Shown here piece by piece: positions 1 to 15,659 of a stretch of DNA of 64,000 nt; the first letter of the stretch is position 1; every line of letters starts with the position of its first letter. The notes beneath the pieces are model-generated. The model was not told the origin of the DNA. It saw only the letters and a program-made list of their open reading frames with translations, and ran no database searches. The DNA is from Eimeria praecox (lineage: Eukaryota). Both the position numbers and the translations under genes were made by a program. The stretch is from the NCBI GenBank assembly GCA_963920595.1, contig OY986946.1, positions 4,402,001-4,466,000 on the forward strand, in the 5' to 3' direction.

Positions 1-967
1 TTACCTGCTGTCTTTGATATATCTATTTTAAATAAAAATAAAAATAAAAATAAAAATAAAAATAAAAATAATAATAATAATAATGAGGAGACAGAAATAA
101 ATAAAGAGACAGAAAAAGAGAGGGAGAGAGAAGATAAGGAGACAGCAGATAAGGAGACAGCAGATAAGGAGACAGCAGATAAGGAGACAGCAGATAAGGA
201 GACAGCAGATAAGGAGACAGCAGATAAGGAGACAGCAGATAAGGAGACAGCAGATAAGGAGACAGCAGACAAGGAGACAGCAGACAAGGAGACAGCAGAT
301 AAGGAGACAGAAGATAAGGAGACAGAAGATAAGGAGACAGCAGATAAGGAGACAGCAGAGGAGGAGGATAAGGAGACAGTGGCTTTACATTTAGAGAATT
401 TGTTGTTTGGCTTAGACGACCCGACAGTCGTAGATATTAAAATGGGTGAGGAGACAGTTAAATTAAAAACAAGGAGACAGTTAAATATAAAAGGAGACAG
501 ATAAATTAAAAACAAGGAGACAGTTAAGTTATAAAGGAGACAGTTAAATTATAAAGGAGACAGTTCAATTAAAAACAAGGAGACAGTTAAATATAAAAGG
601 GGACAGATAAAATAAAAGGAGACGGTTAAATTAAAAACAAGGAGACAGTTAAATTAAAAAGGAGACAGTTAAATTAAAAGGAGACAGTTAAATTAAAAGG
701 AGACAGACAGATAAAGGAGACACCTGCCTGCAGGTGTCTCCTTTCATTAGAAGTTTAACATAACAGCAATTCTTACACCTGCCTCCCGGCAGCCTCTCGC
801 TGCTGCTGCTGCTGCTGCTGCTGCTGTTAGTGTTCCTGCTTCGTTTGTTGCTGCTGTTGTATTTGCTGCTGCTGCTGCTGCTATATTTGCTGCTGCTGCT
901 GCTGGATTTGCTGCTGCTGCTGCTGTTGGATTTGCTGCTGCTGCTGCTGCTGCTGCATCTGTTGTAT

Positions 968-1003
<36 letters not shown>

Positions 1004-1961
1004 AGGGACTCGTCTCCACGGGGACTTGGCGAGCAGCAGCAAACGTAGGCGGGCTACCCTTCGAGCGGATATGAGAGGAGCGAAGAGATTAGGTGTCTCC
1101 TTATCGGGGTTGTGGGGTTGGGAGAGGAGACAGTTGTTTGTTTTTCTGGGGGGATCGAGAGCGAGACAGCAGCAGCAATTGCCTACAACTATACAAGATT
1201 ATATAGATTTAATACTTACTATTTTTAATAAAGGAGATAGATATATACAATATTATCTTTGTATATATCTTAAATTTATTATCTATAATATTAAAAATAT
1301 CTATAAACAACAAAATCTATTTAACTTATACTGCAGCAGCATACTCATCGTAGTAGGCACTGTTAACGACAAACAGGGGCCCCCTCAAGGGGGCCCCCCT
1401 CAAGGGGGCCCCTCTCAAGGGGGGCCCCTTCATGGGGGGCCCCCTCAAGGGGGGCTTCCTCATGGGGGGCCCCCTCAAGGGGGGCCCCCTGACGTAGTAA
1501 CGGAGGGGGGGCCCCCTGGGGGCCCCCCTGAAGGAATCTCATTGGGGCCTACTGGGAGAGGCCCCTTTGTTGACTGGCCCCCTTGGAGGGGGGCCCCCCT
1601 AGAAGAGGGGCCCCTCTGGAGAGGGGCCCCCCTAGAAGGGGGGCCCCCTGGGGGGGGGCCCCCTGTTGTAAGGGAGGGATGTATGGGGGGTGTGCGTGTG
1701 GGGTATGTGGAGCTGCGAGTGAAGATGATTGATTTTGCGCGTACAAGTTTTTATCCTACGGATATAGAAGAAGGTTATTTAAAGGGGTTAGAGACACTAC
1801 AGATAGCAGCAGAGACAGCAGCAGCAGCAATTGCTGCTGCTACAGACACACCTAAAACCCTCAAACAACTTATATTGCGATGGGAGGAGAAAGGAAAGAC
1901 AGAGGAGACACCAACAACCTCCCTAGACAATCCAAATACAACTAATAAGCTAGCTAGCTAG
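1..1961 (+). CDS. Inositol polyphosphate kinase (IPK/IPMK/IP6K family), 5'-truncated; exons <1..445 and 1006..1961
   Basis: Frame 1 is open from base 1 to LENLLFGLDDPTVVDIKM-G|gt (445/446). Acceptor ctcag at 1005 continues GTRLHGD, completing the PxxxDxKxG signature. Downstream are YCSSILIV (SSLL motif), VKMIDFAR (IDFA motif) and EEGYLKGL, with the stop at 1961. Confidence 0.9.
133..357 (+). repeat. 15-bp tandem repeat GATAAGGAGACAGCA (~15 copies), in frame in the IPK exon (DKETA)n
   Basis: Directly visible; the frame is continuous with the LENLL motif. Confidence 0.9.
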
Positions 1962-2310
1962 CTAGCTAGCTAGCTAGCTGGGGAACTAGCTAGTAAACAA
2001 ACACAGGTAGCTGACCTGGCTAGCTAGCCAGGGCCCTCATACAGCTAGCTAGCTAGCTAGCTAGCTAGAGGCTAGGTATAACGATCAGACGGCTAGCTAG
2101 CTAGCTAGCTAGCTAGCCACCAGCTAGCTATCGAGTAGCTAGCTGCGGCAACCCCCCCCTCCCGTCCCCACCCCCCTCCCTCTACGCTCGCAAAGACTGA
2201 CACTGCTCTAGACACGAACTAGCTAGCTAGCTAGCTAGCTATGTATCTATGTATCTAACTATGTATCTATCTATCTATCTAGCTAGCTAGCTAGATAGCT
2301 AGCTAGCTAG
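1948..2310. repeat. (AGCT)n palindromic tetranucleotide arrays
   Basis: Directly visible. Similar arrays lie at ~21785-21812, 48940-49052, 54942-54975, 55745-55945 and 63668-63920. Confidence 0.85.
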
Positions 2311-2458
2311 ATAGATAGATGTTTACTGTTGTTTTTATGTAAGACAGTTTTAACAAGCCAGAGGTTAAAGACAAGTTGTATGTACACCTGAGGGTGTATA
2401 CAAACAATCGCCTCAAGTATTAAATAGATTAACTCTATCAATTATATTTTATATTACA

Positions 2459-2556
<98 letters not shown>

Positions 2557-3024
2557 TACAATTTAAAATAAGTAAACACACTCTAACTTATCCCTCTTAC
2601 GCATGCAGCAGAGGGCCCCAAACCCTAAAAACCCTAGGGTTTTAAACCCTATTAAACCCTAGGGTTTTTAGGGTTTAGTTAGGGTTTAGGGTTTGTATAC
2701 AGCCTAAACCCTCAGGCTACACTCTCTCTCTCTCTGTCTCTCTGCTTCTGTCTCTCTTGACTGTCTCCTCCTCTCCTTTCTTTTATCTTCTTTTATTTCT
2801 ATTTATTTTATTTGTATTTATTTTATTTATATTTATTTTATTTGTATTTATTTTATTTGTATTTATTTTATTTGTAGTTATTCTGTCTCTTTATTCTCTG
2901 TCTCCTCCTCCTGTCTCCTTTTTCTCTCTTTCTCTTTTCTTTCTGTCTCCTTCTCATCCTTCCTAATTTAAATTAATTTTAATTTAATTTAATATAATTT
3001 AATTTAATTTAAATTTAAATTTAT

Positions 3025-3662
3025 TTATTTACGAGCATAAGACAACCGTAGAGGTATCCCACTGATTGTCTGGCCTTGCAGCTCTGCACAGCAGCAGCAG
3101 CAGCAGCAGCAGCAACGAGGAGACATCAGCAGCAGCAGCAGGAAGGAGACAGCAGCAGCAGCAGCAGGAAGGAGACAGTAGAATATAAACCTCCCCGCAC
3201 AACATCAAACAAAAAACAGAAGAGGAGACACACAAGAACGCCGCAGCCAAAACTGTCTACTGCAGCAGCAACAGCAACTACAGCAGCAACAACAGCTACA
3301 GTAGCAGCAACCCCAGCAGCAGCAGCACCAACACCAACAGCAGCAACACCACAACAGCAGCAGCAACACCAACACGAACAGCAGCAACACCAGCAGCAAC
3401 ACCAACAGCATCAACAGCATCATCACCAGCAGCAATACGACAACAACAACGATATGGCGTGTGTGTCTCCTACTACTAAGGGCCTTGGCAGCAAGGGCTT
3501 CTGAAGCATATTCAACGAAGGCCACCTTCTTAAATAATATTGCTCTTATATCTACCAGTCCCTCACACTGAGAGAATAATTGCTGGAGGGCGAAGTTAGT
3601 ACACAACTCAGGCAAATTTTCTACAAATAACACCTTGTTAGATAAACCCTGGACACACAAAC

Positions 3663-3721
<59 letters not shown>

Positions 3722-4142
3722 ATAAATAGATTAATATATATAATATAAACAAACAAATAAATAAATAAATATATTAAAACATATAGATATATATATATAT
3801 CAAGAGATAGTTTTATATGGAGGAGTTGTTTATACATATACAGCAAAAGTGTTTTGTTCTTTGTTTCTCTAAACTACCCAAATATAATTAACTACAATAT
3901 AATTAATTAAAATATAATTAATTACAATATAATTAAATAAAATATAATTAAATAAAATATAATTAAATAAAATATAATTAATAAAATATAATTAATTAAA
4001 ATATAATTAATTACAGTATAATTAAATAAAATATAATTAATAAAATATAATTAATAAAATATATATACAAACAAAAGGAGACAGCACATCCGCCTACAGG
4101 TCCTTGAGCAGCGCCTGCAGCCGAGCCCTCAGCAGCAGCACC

Positions 4143-4194
<52 letters not shown>

Positions 4195-7100
4195 CGCGCA
4201 GCAGCAACAAGAGCTGCAGGGTTTGTTGATGCTGTGGCTTGAGGAGGAAGACCTGAAGGACTCTAAGAACACAAGAGGAGACAGCACACAAACACAAACA
4301 TATCCTGTCTCTCTTCTCTGTCTCTCTTCTCTCTCTCTCTCTACTTCTCTGTCTCTCTTCTCTGTCTCTCTGCTCTGTCTCCTCCTGTCTCTGTCTCCCT
4401 CTGTCTCTTCTACAGCCCCCAGCAACTAATCTCACAGCAGCAGCAGCAGCAGCAAGAGAGCAGCAGCAGCAGCAGCAAAAGAGCAGCAACAACAGCAGCA
4501 AGACCGCAACACCACCAAGAGCAAGACAAGACCAACAAGACAGCAACACCAACAAGACAGCAACAGCACCACCATCATCATCATCAGCAGCAGCAGCAGC
4601 AGCACTATCAACAGCAGCAGCAGCACTATCAACAGCAGCAGCGTACCTTAAGAGCCAGATATTGCTGCTGCAGCTGTAAGAATATTTGTTTCTGTGCTTC
4701 CTCCTTCTCTCTAACTCTCCTCGGCTTCCTCGGCCCCTTCGGCCTCTCCTTAAACGTCCCATCTTCTTTGGAGACTACATCACTCTTCGCTAGAGCGTAG
4801 TTTATATGCTGCAGCAGCAGCAGCAGCAGCAGCAGAAGCAGCAGCAGCAGATATGGAAGCAGCAGCAGCAGCAGCAGCAGATTGTGAGATGCAGCAGCAG
4901 GAAATGCGGCACAAATAGAAGACACACAGCAGCAGATAGAGATACAACAGCAGCAGCAGCAGACACAGCAGCAATAGGGATAGGATATGCAGCAGCAGCA
5001 GCAATAGAAAGAGCAGCAGCAGCAGCAGTTGTTGTTGTTTTTAGAAGAGAATGTGAGAAGAAAGCGGGGGGAAGAGACAGAAGAAAAGAAGAGACAGATA
5101 GATGAAGGAGGAGACAGGTAGATAAGAAGGAGACAGTTAGATAAGAAGGAGACAGTTAGATGAGGAGACAGTGCACAAGAGGAGACAGTTCGATAGGGAG
5201 GAGACAGTTAGACAACAGGAGACAATCAAAACACGATCAAAGCAAAAGGAGACAGTTAAATTAAAAAGGAGACAGTTAAATAAAAGGAGACAGTTAAATA
5301 TAAAAGGAGACAGTTAAATAAAAGGAGACAGTTAAATATAAAAGGAGACAGTTAAATAAAGGGGACAGTTAAATATAAAAGGAGACAGTTAAATAAAGGG
5401 GACAGTTAAATATAAAAGGAGACAGTTAAATAAAAGGAGACAGCTTACGAGTGGCTGTCCGTGATATACGAAGCCCTGCATCCCGTTAAGTGCTGCTGTC
5501 GCTGCAGTCTCATCTCGGAACACGATCCACGCCTGTCCCCTGAAAGGAGACAGTTAAATTATATGTATATATTAATTATATTTAATTAAGGAGACGATTA
5601 AATTACATGTATATATTAATTATATTTAATTAAGGAGACAGTTAAATTATATATATATATATATATAATTATATTTAATTGAGGGTGTTTGCTATTTAAG
5701 TAATTTATCTTGACAGATATTTCGTTTAGAATAATATTTAATTATTTGTCTAATTATTTATCTACTTATTTATTTATATATTTAATTATTTATTTAATTA
5801 TATATTTAAATATATATTTAATTATTTATTTATTTAATACAATATACAACAGCAATCCAAGGAGACAGACAAATTAAACAATAAAGAGACAGCACCTAAC
5901 ACACAATTATATACTTAATTAAACAAACTAAACAACTAAATAAAACAAACAAAACAAACTAAACCAATTAAATTAAATTAAATTAAATTAAATTAAATTA
6001 AATTAAATTAAATTAAATTAATACCCTCCCACAACAACTCATGCTACGATTCGTCTAATTTAAAAAAAAAACTAAAAAAATAAAACAAATAATCAAGTCT
6101 AAATAAACTAAATTAAATATAAATAAATTAAATTAACTAAATATAATTGATTAAAATAAAATAAATTAAATTAAATTAAATTAAATTAAATTAAATTTAT
6201 TATCTCATAGCTACGATTTCTCTATTTTATAAAAACGAAATAAAACAAAACAAATAACTAAATTAGAATAAACTACATCCAATTAATTTAAATTAAACAC
6301 AATTAAATATAATTAAATATAATTAAATATAATTAAATATAATTAAATATAATTAATTAAATTAAATTAAATTAATTAAATTAGATTACCTCCTCCAGAA
6401 GGAGCTCATAGCTACGATTTGTCGAATTTCTCCAAATTGTTTAAACATCGATTTCAAATTTTCTTTTAATTCTAAAAAACAAAAAATATAAAAAATAATT
6501 TTATTTTAATTATTTTATTTGTTTTACTTATCCTAATTATTTTATTTATTTTATCTACTTTAATTGTTTTATTTATTTTATTTATTTTATTTCATTTATT
6601 TTATTTATTTTAATTTAATTTAATTTAGTTTTATGTAATTTAATTTAATTTATCTTTGTTTTATTTTTATTGTGTTGGGTTTAGTGTCTCCTTGTTGTTT
6701 GTATGTCTCCTTTATTTGACTGTCTCCTTTGTCTGTCTGTCTCCTTTGTTTCTCTGTCTCCTCTGTCTATCTGTCTCCTTTATCTATCTGTCTCTTTCCT
6801 ATGTCTGTCTCCTTCATCTAACTGTCTCCTCTATCTATCTGTCTCCTTTATTTGTCTGTCTCCTTTATTTGTCTGTCTCCTTTTGTTTGTTTTGTTTGTT
6901 TATTATTTTGTCTCCTCGTTTAAACTAACTGTCTCCACGTGTCGAAGGATAAAACAATCTGTCTCCTCTCTGTCTCCTCTCTGTCTCTGTCTCTTCTGTC
7001 TCTATCTCCTCTGTCTCTATCTCCTCTGTCTCTATCTGTTCTATCTCTTATCTGTTCCTAATCTGTCTCTTCTCTGTCTCTCTACCTCTGTCTCTTCTCT

Positions 7101-7364
7101 GTCTCTCTATCTCTGTCTCTTCTCTGTCTCTCTATCTCTGTCTCTTCTCTGTCTCTCTGTCTCTTCTCTGTCTCTCTGTCTCTATCCCTGTCTCTTCTGT
7201 CTCTTATCTGTCTCTCTGTCTCTCTCTATCTCCACCTCTGTCTCCTTTTCCTGAAATGACGATTCTCCTCTACTTCTACTATCTCTCCTCTTCTCTTTCT
7301 CTTTCTGTTCATCTCTCCCCTCTCCTTTTACTATTAATATTTATTTACTAATTATTATTAATTA

Positions 7365-7410
<46 letters not shown>

Positions 7411-7951
7411 TCTTACCTTGTAGCTTAACTCTATCATTAATATTAGAGACATAGATAGTACAATTAGGGGGAATCGAACCCTCGACAGCTTTTGGTTGCA
7501 GATATTTTAATCTCTTTAAATTAACAGCTGTCATACCAACTGCTGCCATCTCAGGGGCTACGGGGCCCCACGTAGCCCCGGGGCCCCCTGTTGTACCCAA
7601 TGGGGGGGGGGCCCCCACAGATCCCCCTATGGCTGTTGGGGGGGGCCCCATACCAGGGGCCCCCCCTGGCATTGGGGGGGCCCCTCCCATTGTTGGGGGG
7701 GGCCCCCCCATCCCTGGTGGGGCCCCTCCAAGACCTGGGGCCCCTCCAAATGGGGGGCCCCCCATACCCACCGCTGGAGGGGGGCCCCCTGCCCCCATAC
7801 GAGACCCAAAGGGTACACCTCCTCCCCCCATGGGAGGGGGAGGGCCCCCGGGGCCCCTGGGTACAGGGGCCCCCGGGGGCCCCATCATAGAACCCCCAGG
7901 ACGAGGGGGAGCTGGTCCTGGAGAAAAGGGTATACCTGGGGGCCCCGACAT
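3025..7951 (-). CDS. U1A: U1A/U2B''/SNF-family snRNP protein (two RRMs) with a Gly/Pro/Met-rich N-terminal extension; exons 7951-7417, 6471-6390, 5539-5449, 4808-4647, 4262-4098, 3648-3474, 3083-3025
   Basis: The spliced product reads PPNCTIYVSNINDRVKLQELKENLKSMFKQFGEIRQIVAMSSFWRRGQAWIVF...MQGFVYHGQPLHINYALAKSDVV. RRM2 reads NKVLFVENLPE...LFSQCEGLVDIR...VAFVEY...LQGQTISGIPLRLSYARK*. All introns are GT-AG with consistent phase. U1A versus U2B'' cannot be resolved by eye. Confidence 0.9.
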
Positions 7952-8159
7952 TGATAAGAAGAAGACAAAGAGAAGAGGAGAGAGAGAGAGGGAGAAAGAG
8001 AGAAAGAGAGAGAGGAAGAGAGAATGAGAGAGAGACAGCAGCAGCAAGGAGAAGTGCTGCAGATAAGAATAATATAATTAAGATAATGAGGGTAGCTTAC
8101 AGCAGCAACTACGTTATATATATATATGCTGCGAGAGCAGCAGAGCGGCCACCGGCAGA

Positions 8160-8218
<59 letters not shown>

Positions 8219-8353
8219 CTGTAGCTCTTGCTGCTGCTGCTGCTTCAAAGAAATATAGATAGAAAACAAAGCACAGAAAGACATCAATCGCCTACGCCAA
8301 CTCCAGCAGCAAACACCCGACAAGGACCTCAACCAGCAGCAGCAGCAGCAGCC

Positions 8354-8398
<45 letters not shown>

Positions 8399-8999
8399 GC
8401 TACTGCAGCAGTTGCAGCAGCTCTAATGCAAGTAAAGATGACGCCGTAAAGGATATTATTTTATGTATTATATTCTTTTTTTTATTTTTTAATTCGAGTT
8501 TTAAATAAATTTTATTATTTATTTATATATTTATATCATATATTTGAGGTGTATGTACACCTGAAAATGTAGCAGCAGCAGCAGTGTTTCTGTAGTTACT
8601 ACTACTCTACAACATTAGTATATTTAATATAATATACTATTTGGGGGCCCTCTTGGTTTCTTCATTATTTGTTTTTCTCTCTTTAATTTATTTATTTTAA
8701 ATATATTTTTTGTTTTATTTGTATATTTATCTTGTTATTTGACTCTATAGTTATTCTCTCGTTCTACTCTCGAGGTGTACGTTCACCTCGAGAACTCAGG
8801 TTCTTACCCCCCCTACCCCCCCCCCCCCCCCCCCCCCCCCCCAGTCTCTACCTATCTACCGCCTGCAGCGCTTTCTGCTGCTGCTGCTGCTCCTGCTGCT
8901 GCTGCTGCTCCTGCTGCTGCTGCTCCTGCTGCTGCTCCTGCTGTGTTGTGTGAGTTGTTTGTTAGTAATTGTCTGTATATAGAACAAACTCAAGAGGCG

Positions 9000-9093
9000 A
9001 TGGAGGGGGAGACAAGTGGAGACGCAGCAGCAGCAGCAGCAGCAGCAGCTTTTGCAGCAGCAGCAACAGCAGCATCAGCTACATCACCTGATG

Positions 9094-9131
<38 letters not shown>

Positions 9132-9405
9132 TCAGGGGATTCGTTTCTACAGCAGCTATGGTCTTGCTGTGTTGCCCCTCCAGCTGTATGGGGTTTAGGC
9201 TTTGGGTATTATCCTTATTGCTTTACTGTATTATATTTTTTTATATCTTTTCTTCTATGGAGCTACATCGCTTCTCTTCCTTATCTAGATACAATAATAT
9301 ATATACTCGTACCGAAGACCCCAAGAGATATCTTAAGACAGCAGCATCACGCATGCAGAGCTCTTGTTGCTGCACATTCAAAACCAACCAGCCCCAACAA
9401 CCCCA

Positions 9406-9440
<35 letters not shown>

Positions 9441-9554
9441 GCAGCAAGAGCAGCAGCAGCAAGAGCTGCTGCTGTTGTTGCTGCTGCAGCAGACACAGGA
9501 TCACCAAAACACATAGATGCAGCATGTCCTATATGCAATCCTTCTATAAAAACT

Positions 9555-9586
<32 letters not shown>

Positions 9587-9835
9587 TTCAGCCGCAGCAG
9601 CAGCAGCAGCAGCAGCAGATTCAGCAGCAGCAGCAGCAGCAGCAGCAGCAATATCTGAGTGTACAACAAGAAAGGCAGCAGATAAATACTTACTGACATC
9701 AAGAAATAGAATAATGGGGCTGCTGCATGCAACAGCAGTTAGTGTTTTGGGGCTTTTCTGCGTATTCGCAGACAAACAAATATACGAAGATATTGCGCAG
9801 GGAACTTCCTTACTATCTACTGTTATTGGTGAGAC

Positions 9836-9895
<60 letters not shown>

Positions 9896-10334
9896 ATATA
9901 TATATATATGTGTATATATATATATATATATACAGGCATAAATATAAATGTATAAATAAATAAATAGAGAAGCAAATTAACAAGTTAATTAATTAGTTAA
10001 TTAATTGGATAAGTAGATAAATAAACAAATAAGTAATTTAATTAATTAATTAATTAATTAATTAATTAATTAATTAATTAATTAATTAATTAATTAATTA
10101 ATTAATTAATTAATTAGATAATTAGATAAATAGATGGATAAATAAGTAAATAAATAAATAAATAAATAGAGAAGTAAATTAATTAATTAATTAATTAATT
10201 AGATAGATAAATAAATAAATAGAATTAATTAATTAAATAAATAAATAAATAAATAAAATAGATAACCCTGGCTCCACCGAAGATACGGAAAAACCGAAAA
10301 AAGACAGCAAACCCAAACTCGTTTCTTCTGCTTC

Positions 10335-10370
<36 letters not shown>

Positions 10371-10970
10371 CTGCTGTTGCTGCTGCTGCTGTTGCTGTTG
10401 CTGCTGCTGCTGCTGTTGTTGTTGATGATTGTGGTTGTTTCAGGTGTACTGACAGGGGGTTACTTCACGTGGGATATCTACATAATACTAAAAAATTGGG
10501 GAGAGCATAGTATCGAGTGGTTGTTGCATGCTGTGATATCAATTTCGAGTGTATGTACACCTTATCTATATCCTTCTTATACTCCTATGAGCTATTACGC
10601 GATTTGTTTATTATTATTTGAATTAAGTACTCCTTTCTTTTGTTTACGATATTTTTATTTGAAAACAGGATTAGGAGATAGTTTTTTGGGGCTTTGTATG
10701 CATGCAGCATTTATTATATCTTTTTTTAGTGTTCGTATTTTATTTGGATGTTGTTTATTATTCCCTTCATTATGGTCTGCTATGTCTATACACCCGAAAA
10801 TTAATACAATTAGTTATACACGAAAATATATTTATAAAATATCTATGATTCTATTCGGATCGCTGCAGCTACTGTGGCTGCTTCAATTATTATACAATAG
10901 CAGAAGCAAGAAAAAGAAGAGAGAGAGAAGACCTGCAGCACATAATCCTGCTGCTGCTGCTGCTGCTGCT

Positions 10971-11002
<32 letters not shown>

Positions 11003-11072
11003 TAAGGAGGCTGCAGCAACAGACGAAGATGAAGCAGCAACAGAACAAGATAAGAAAATAAAAACAAAATAA
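9000..11072 (+). CDS. TLC (TRAM/LAG1/CLN8) domain multi-pass membrane protein, TLCD4/TMEM56-like; exons 9000-9828 and 10444-11072
   Basis: Motifs [31 protein letters not shown] and FFSVRI with several hydrophobic helices. The phase-1 GT-AG intron joins TVIG-VLTGGY. The C-terminal KKIKTK is dilysine-like. The start codon is inferred. Confidence 0.82.
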
Positions 11073-11545
11073 AAATAAATATATTAAAATATAAAATATA
11101 AAATATAATTAGAACGTCACCTGCTGCGGTAAGAGAGAAAAGCTAGTATCACCAGCTGTTGCTGCTGCTGCTGCTGCTGCAGGTGCAGCAGCAAACAGCA
11201 GCAGATAACAGGAGCCGCTGCAGCAGCAGCAAACACCAGCAGCAGCAAACGGCAGCGTATATTTCATTGTCTTAACAGCGTGCTGAGGTGTCTGTCTCCA
11301 AACAACAAACGCATGCAGCCCCAAAGGGGGAGGGCCACAGCTGCAGCAACAGCAGCTGCTGCAACAGCAGCTGCAGCAACTGCAGCAGCAACTGCAGCAG
11401 CAACTGCAGCAGCAACTGCGGCAGCAACTGCAGCAGCAACTGCGGCAGCAACTGCGGCAGCAACTGCAGCAGCAACTGCAGCAGCAACTGCAGCAGCAGC
11501 TGCAGCAGCAACTGCAGCATCAACATCTACAGCAAGAGCTGTAGG

Positions 11546-14623
<3,078 letters not shown>

Positions 14624-15617
14624 CACAGAGAAGGAGACAGACAGACAGAGAGAGAGGGAGATAGAGACAGAGAGAGAGAGAGAGAGAGAGAAGGAGAGAG
14701 ACAGCAGCACGGAGGGCCCCCAAGCACGCACAACTACGTGTGCAGCAGCAGGGGGTGGGCCCCTCCCGAGTGTATGTGTGTGGGGGCCCTCTCTGTCTTT
14801 CTTAAGGGTTTTTTCTTCTGTTATTGAACGAAATATAAACAAAAACAGAAGAAGATGTTGTTGTTGGGGGGCCCCCTGCTGCTCTGTTATGGCTGCATGC
14901 AGATGACAGCTATGTCTCGAAGAGGAGAGAAATAAACAAACAATAAATAAACAAACATGTCTATGAAATATCAGAAAAACAAATAAAACAAATATTTGTT
15001 TTAAAACAAAAAAATTAACCCCCTGGGATCCGATCCCAAAAAACCGATCCCAAAAAACCGATCCCAAGATCCGTCGTCTTGTTAAGAGAAGGAGGGTACT
15101 AAGGAGGCGGCGGCGGTCGGGGGCCCCCCACCAGGGGGGCCCCCCATGGGGCCCCCAAGGGGGGCCCCCTGAGTGTTAAATGTGAAGCTAGCCATACAAA
15201 TAAAATATTATTTATTATAAGACGATAAATATATAATAGAGAGAGAGAAGGAGACGGGGACAGAGGGGGGGAGGGGGGGGAGAGGGAGGAGATAGCTGCA
15301 TTGAAAGAAAGAAGATAGGAGAAGGGAGTAAGTTTATTTTAACATATGTTTATGTATTATATTATAAATAATATATTTATAATATAATATATAAAAATAT
15401 TTTAAAATAAAAAATAAAACAGAGAGAGAGGAGAGGCAGCAGATATACAGAGAGGAACCTCAACACAATATTGTTGTATGACGTATTAGAATTGTAGCTT
15501 TCTTCTATGGCTACGATTATATTATTATTATTATTATTAAACTTATATTACTTTTAGTATTATTCTATTATATTTTTATTATCATTATTACTTTCATATC
15601 ATTATTATTATTATTAC

Positions 15618-15659
<42 letters not shown>

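Noticed and set aside
133..720. Regular repeats with short variable spacers resembling a CRISPR array
   Set aside because: Minisatellite with no unique spacers, eukaryotic context and no cas genes.
2300..3024. U1A autoregulatory element (ATTGCAC boxes) in the 3' UTR
   Set aside because: No such motif was found by eye on the minus strand.
14624..15067. N-terminal 148-aa extension of the PPO ORF
   Set aside because: Non-ATG start and (CT)n low complexity. It is most likely 5' UTR.
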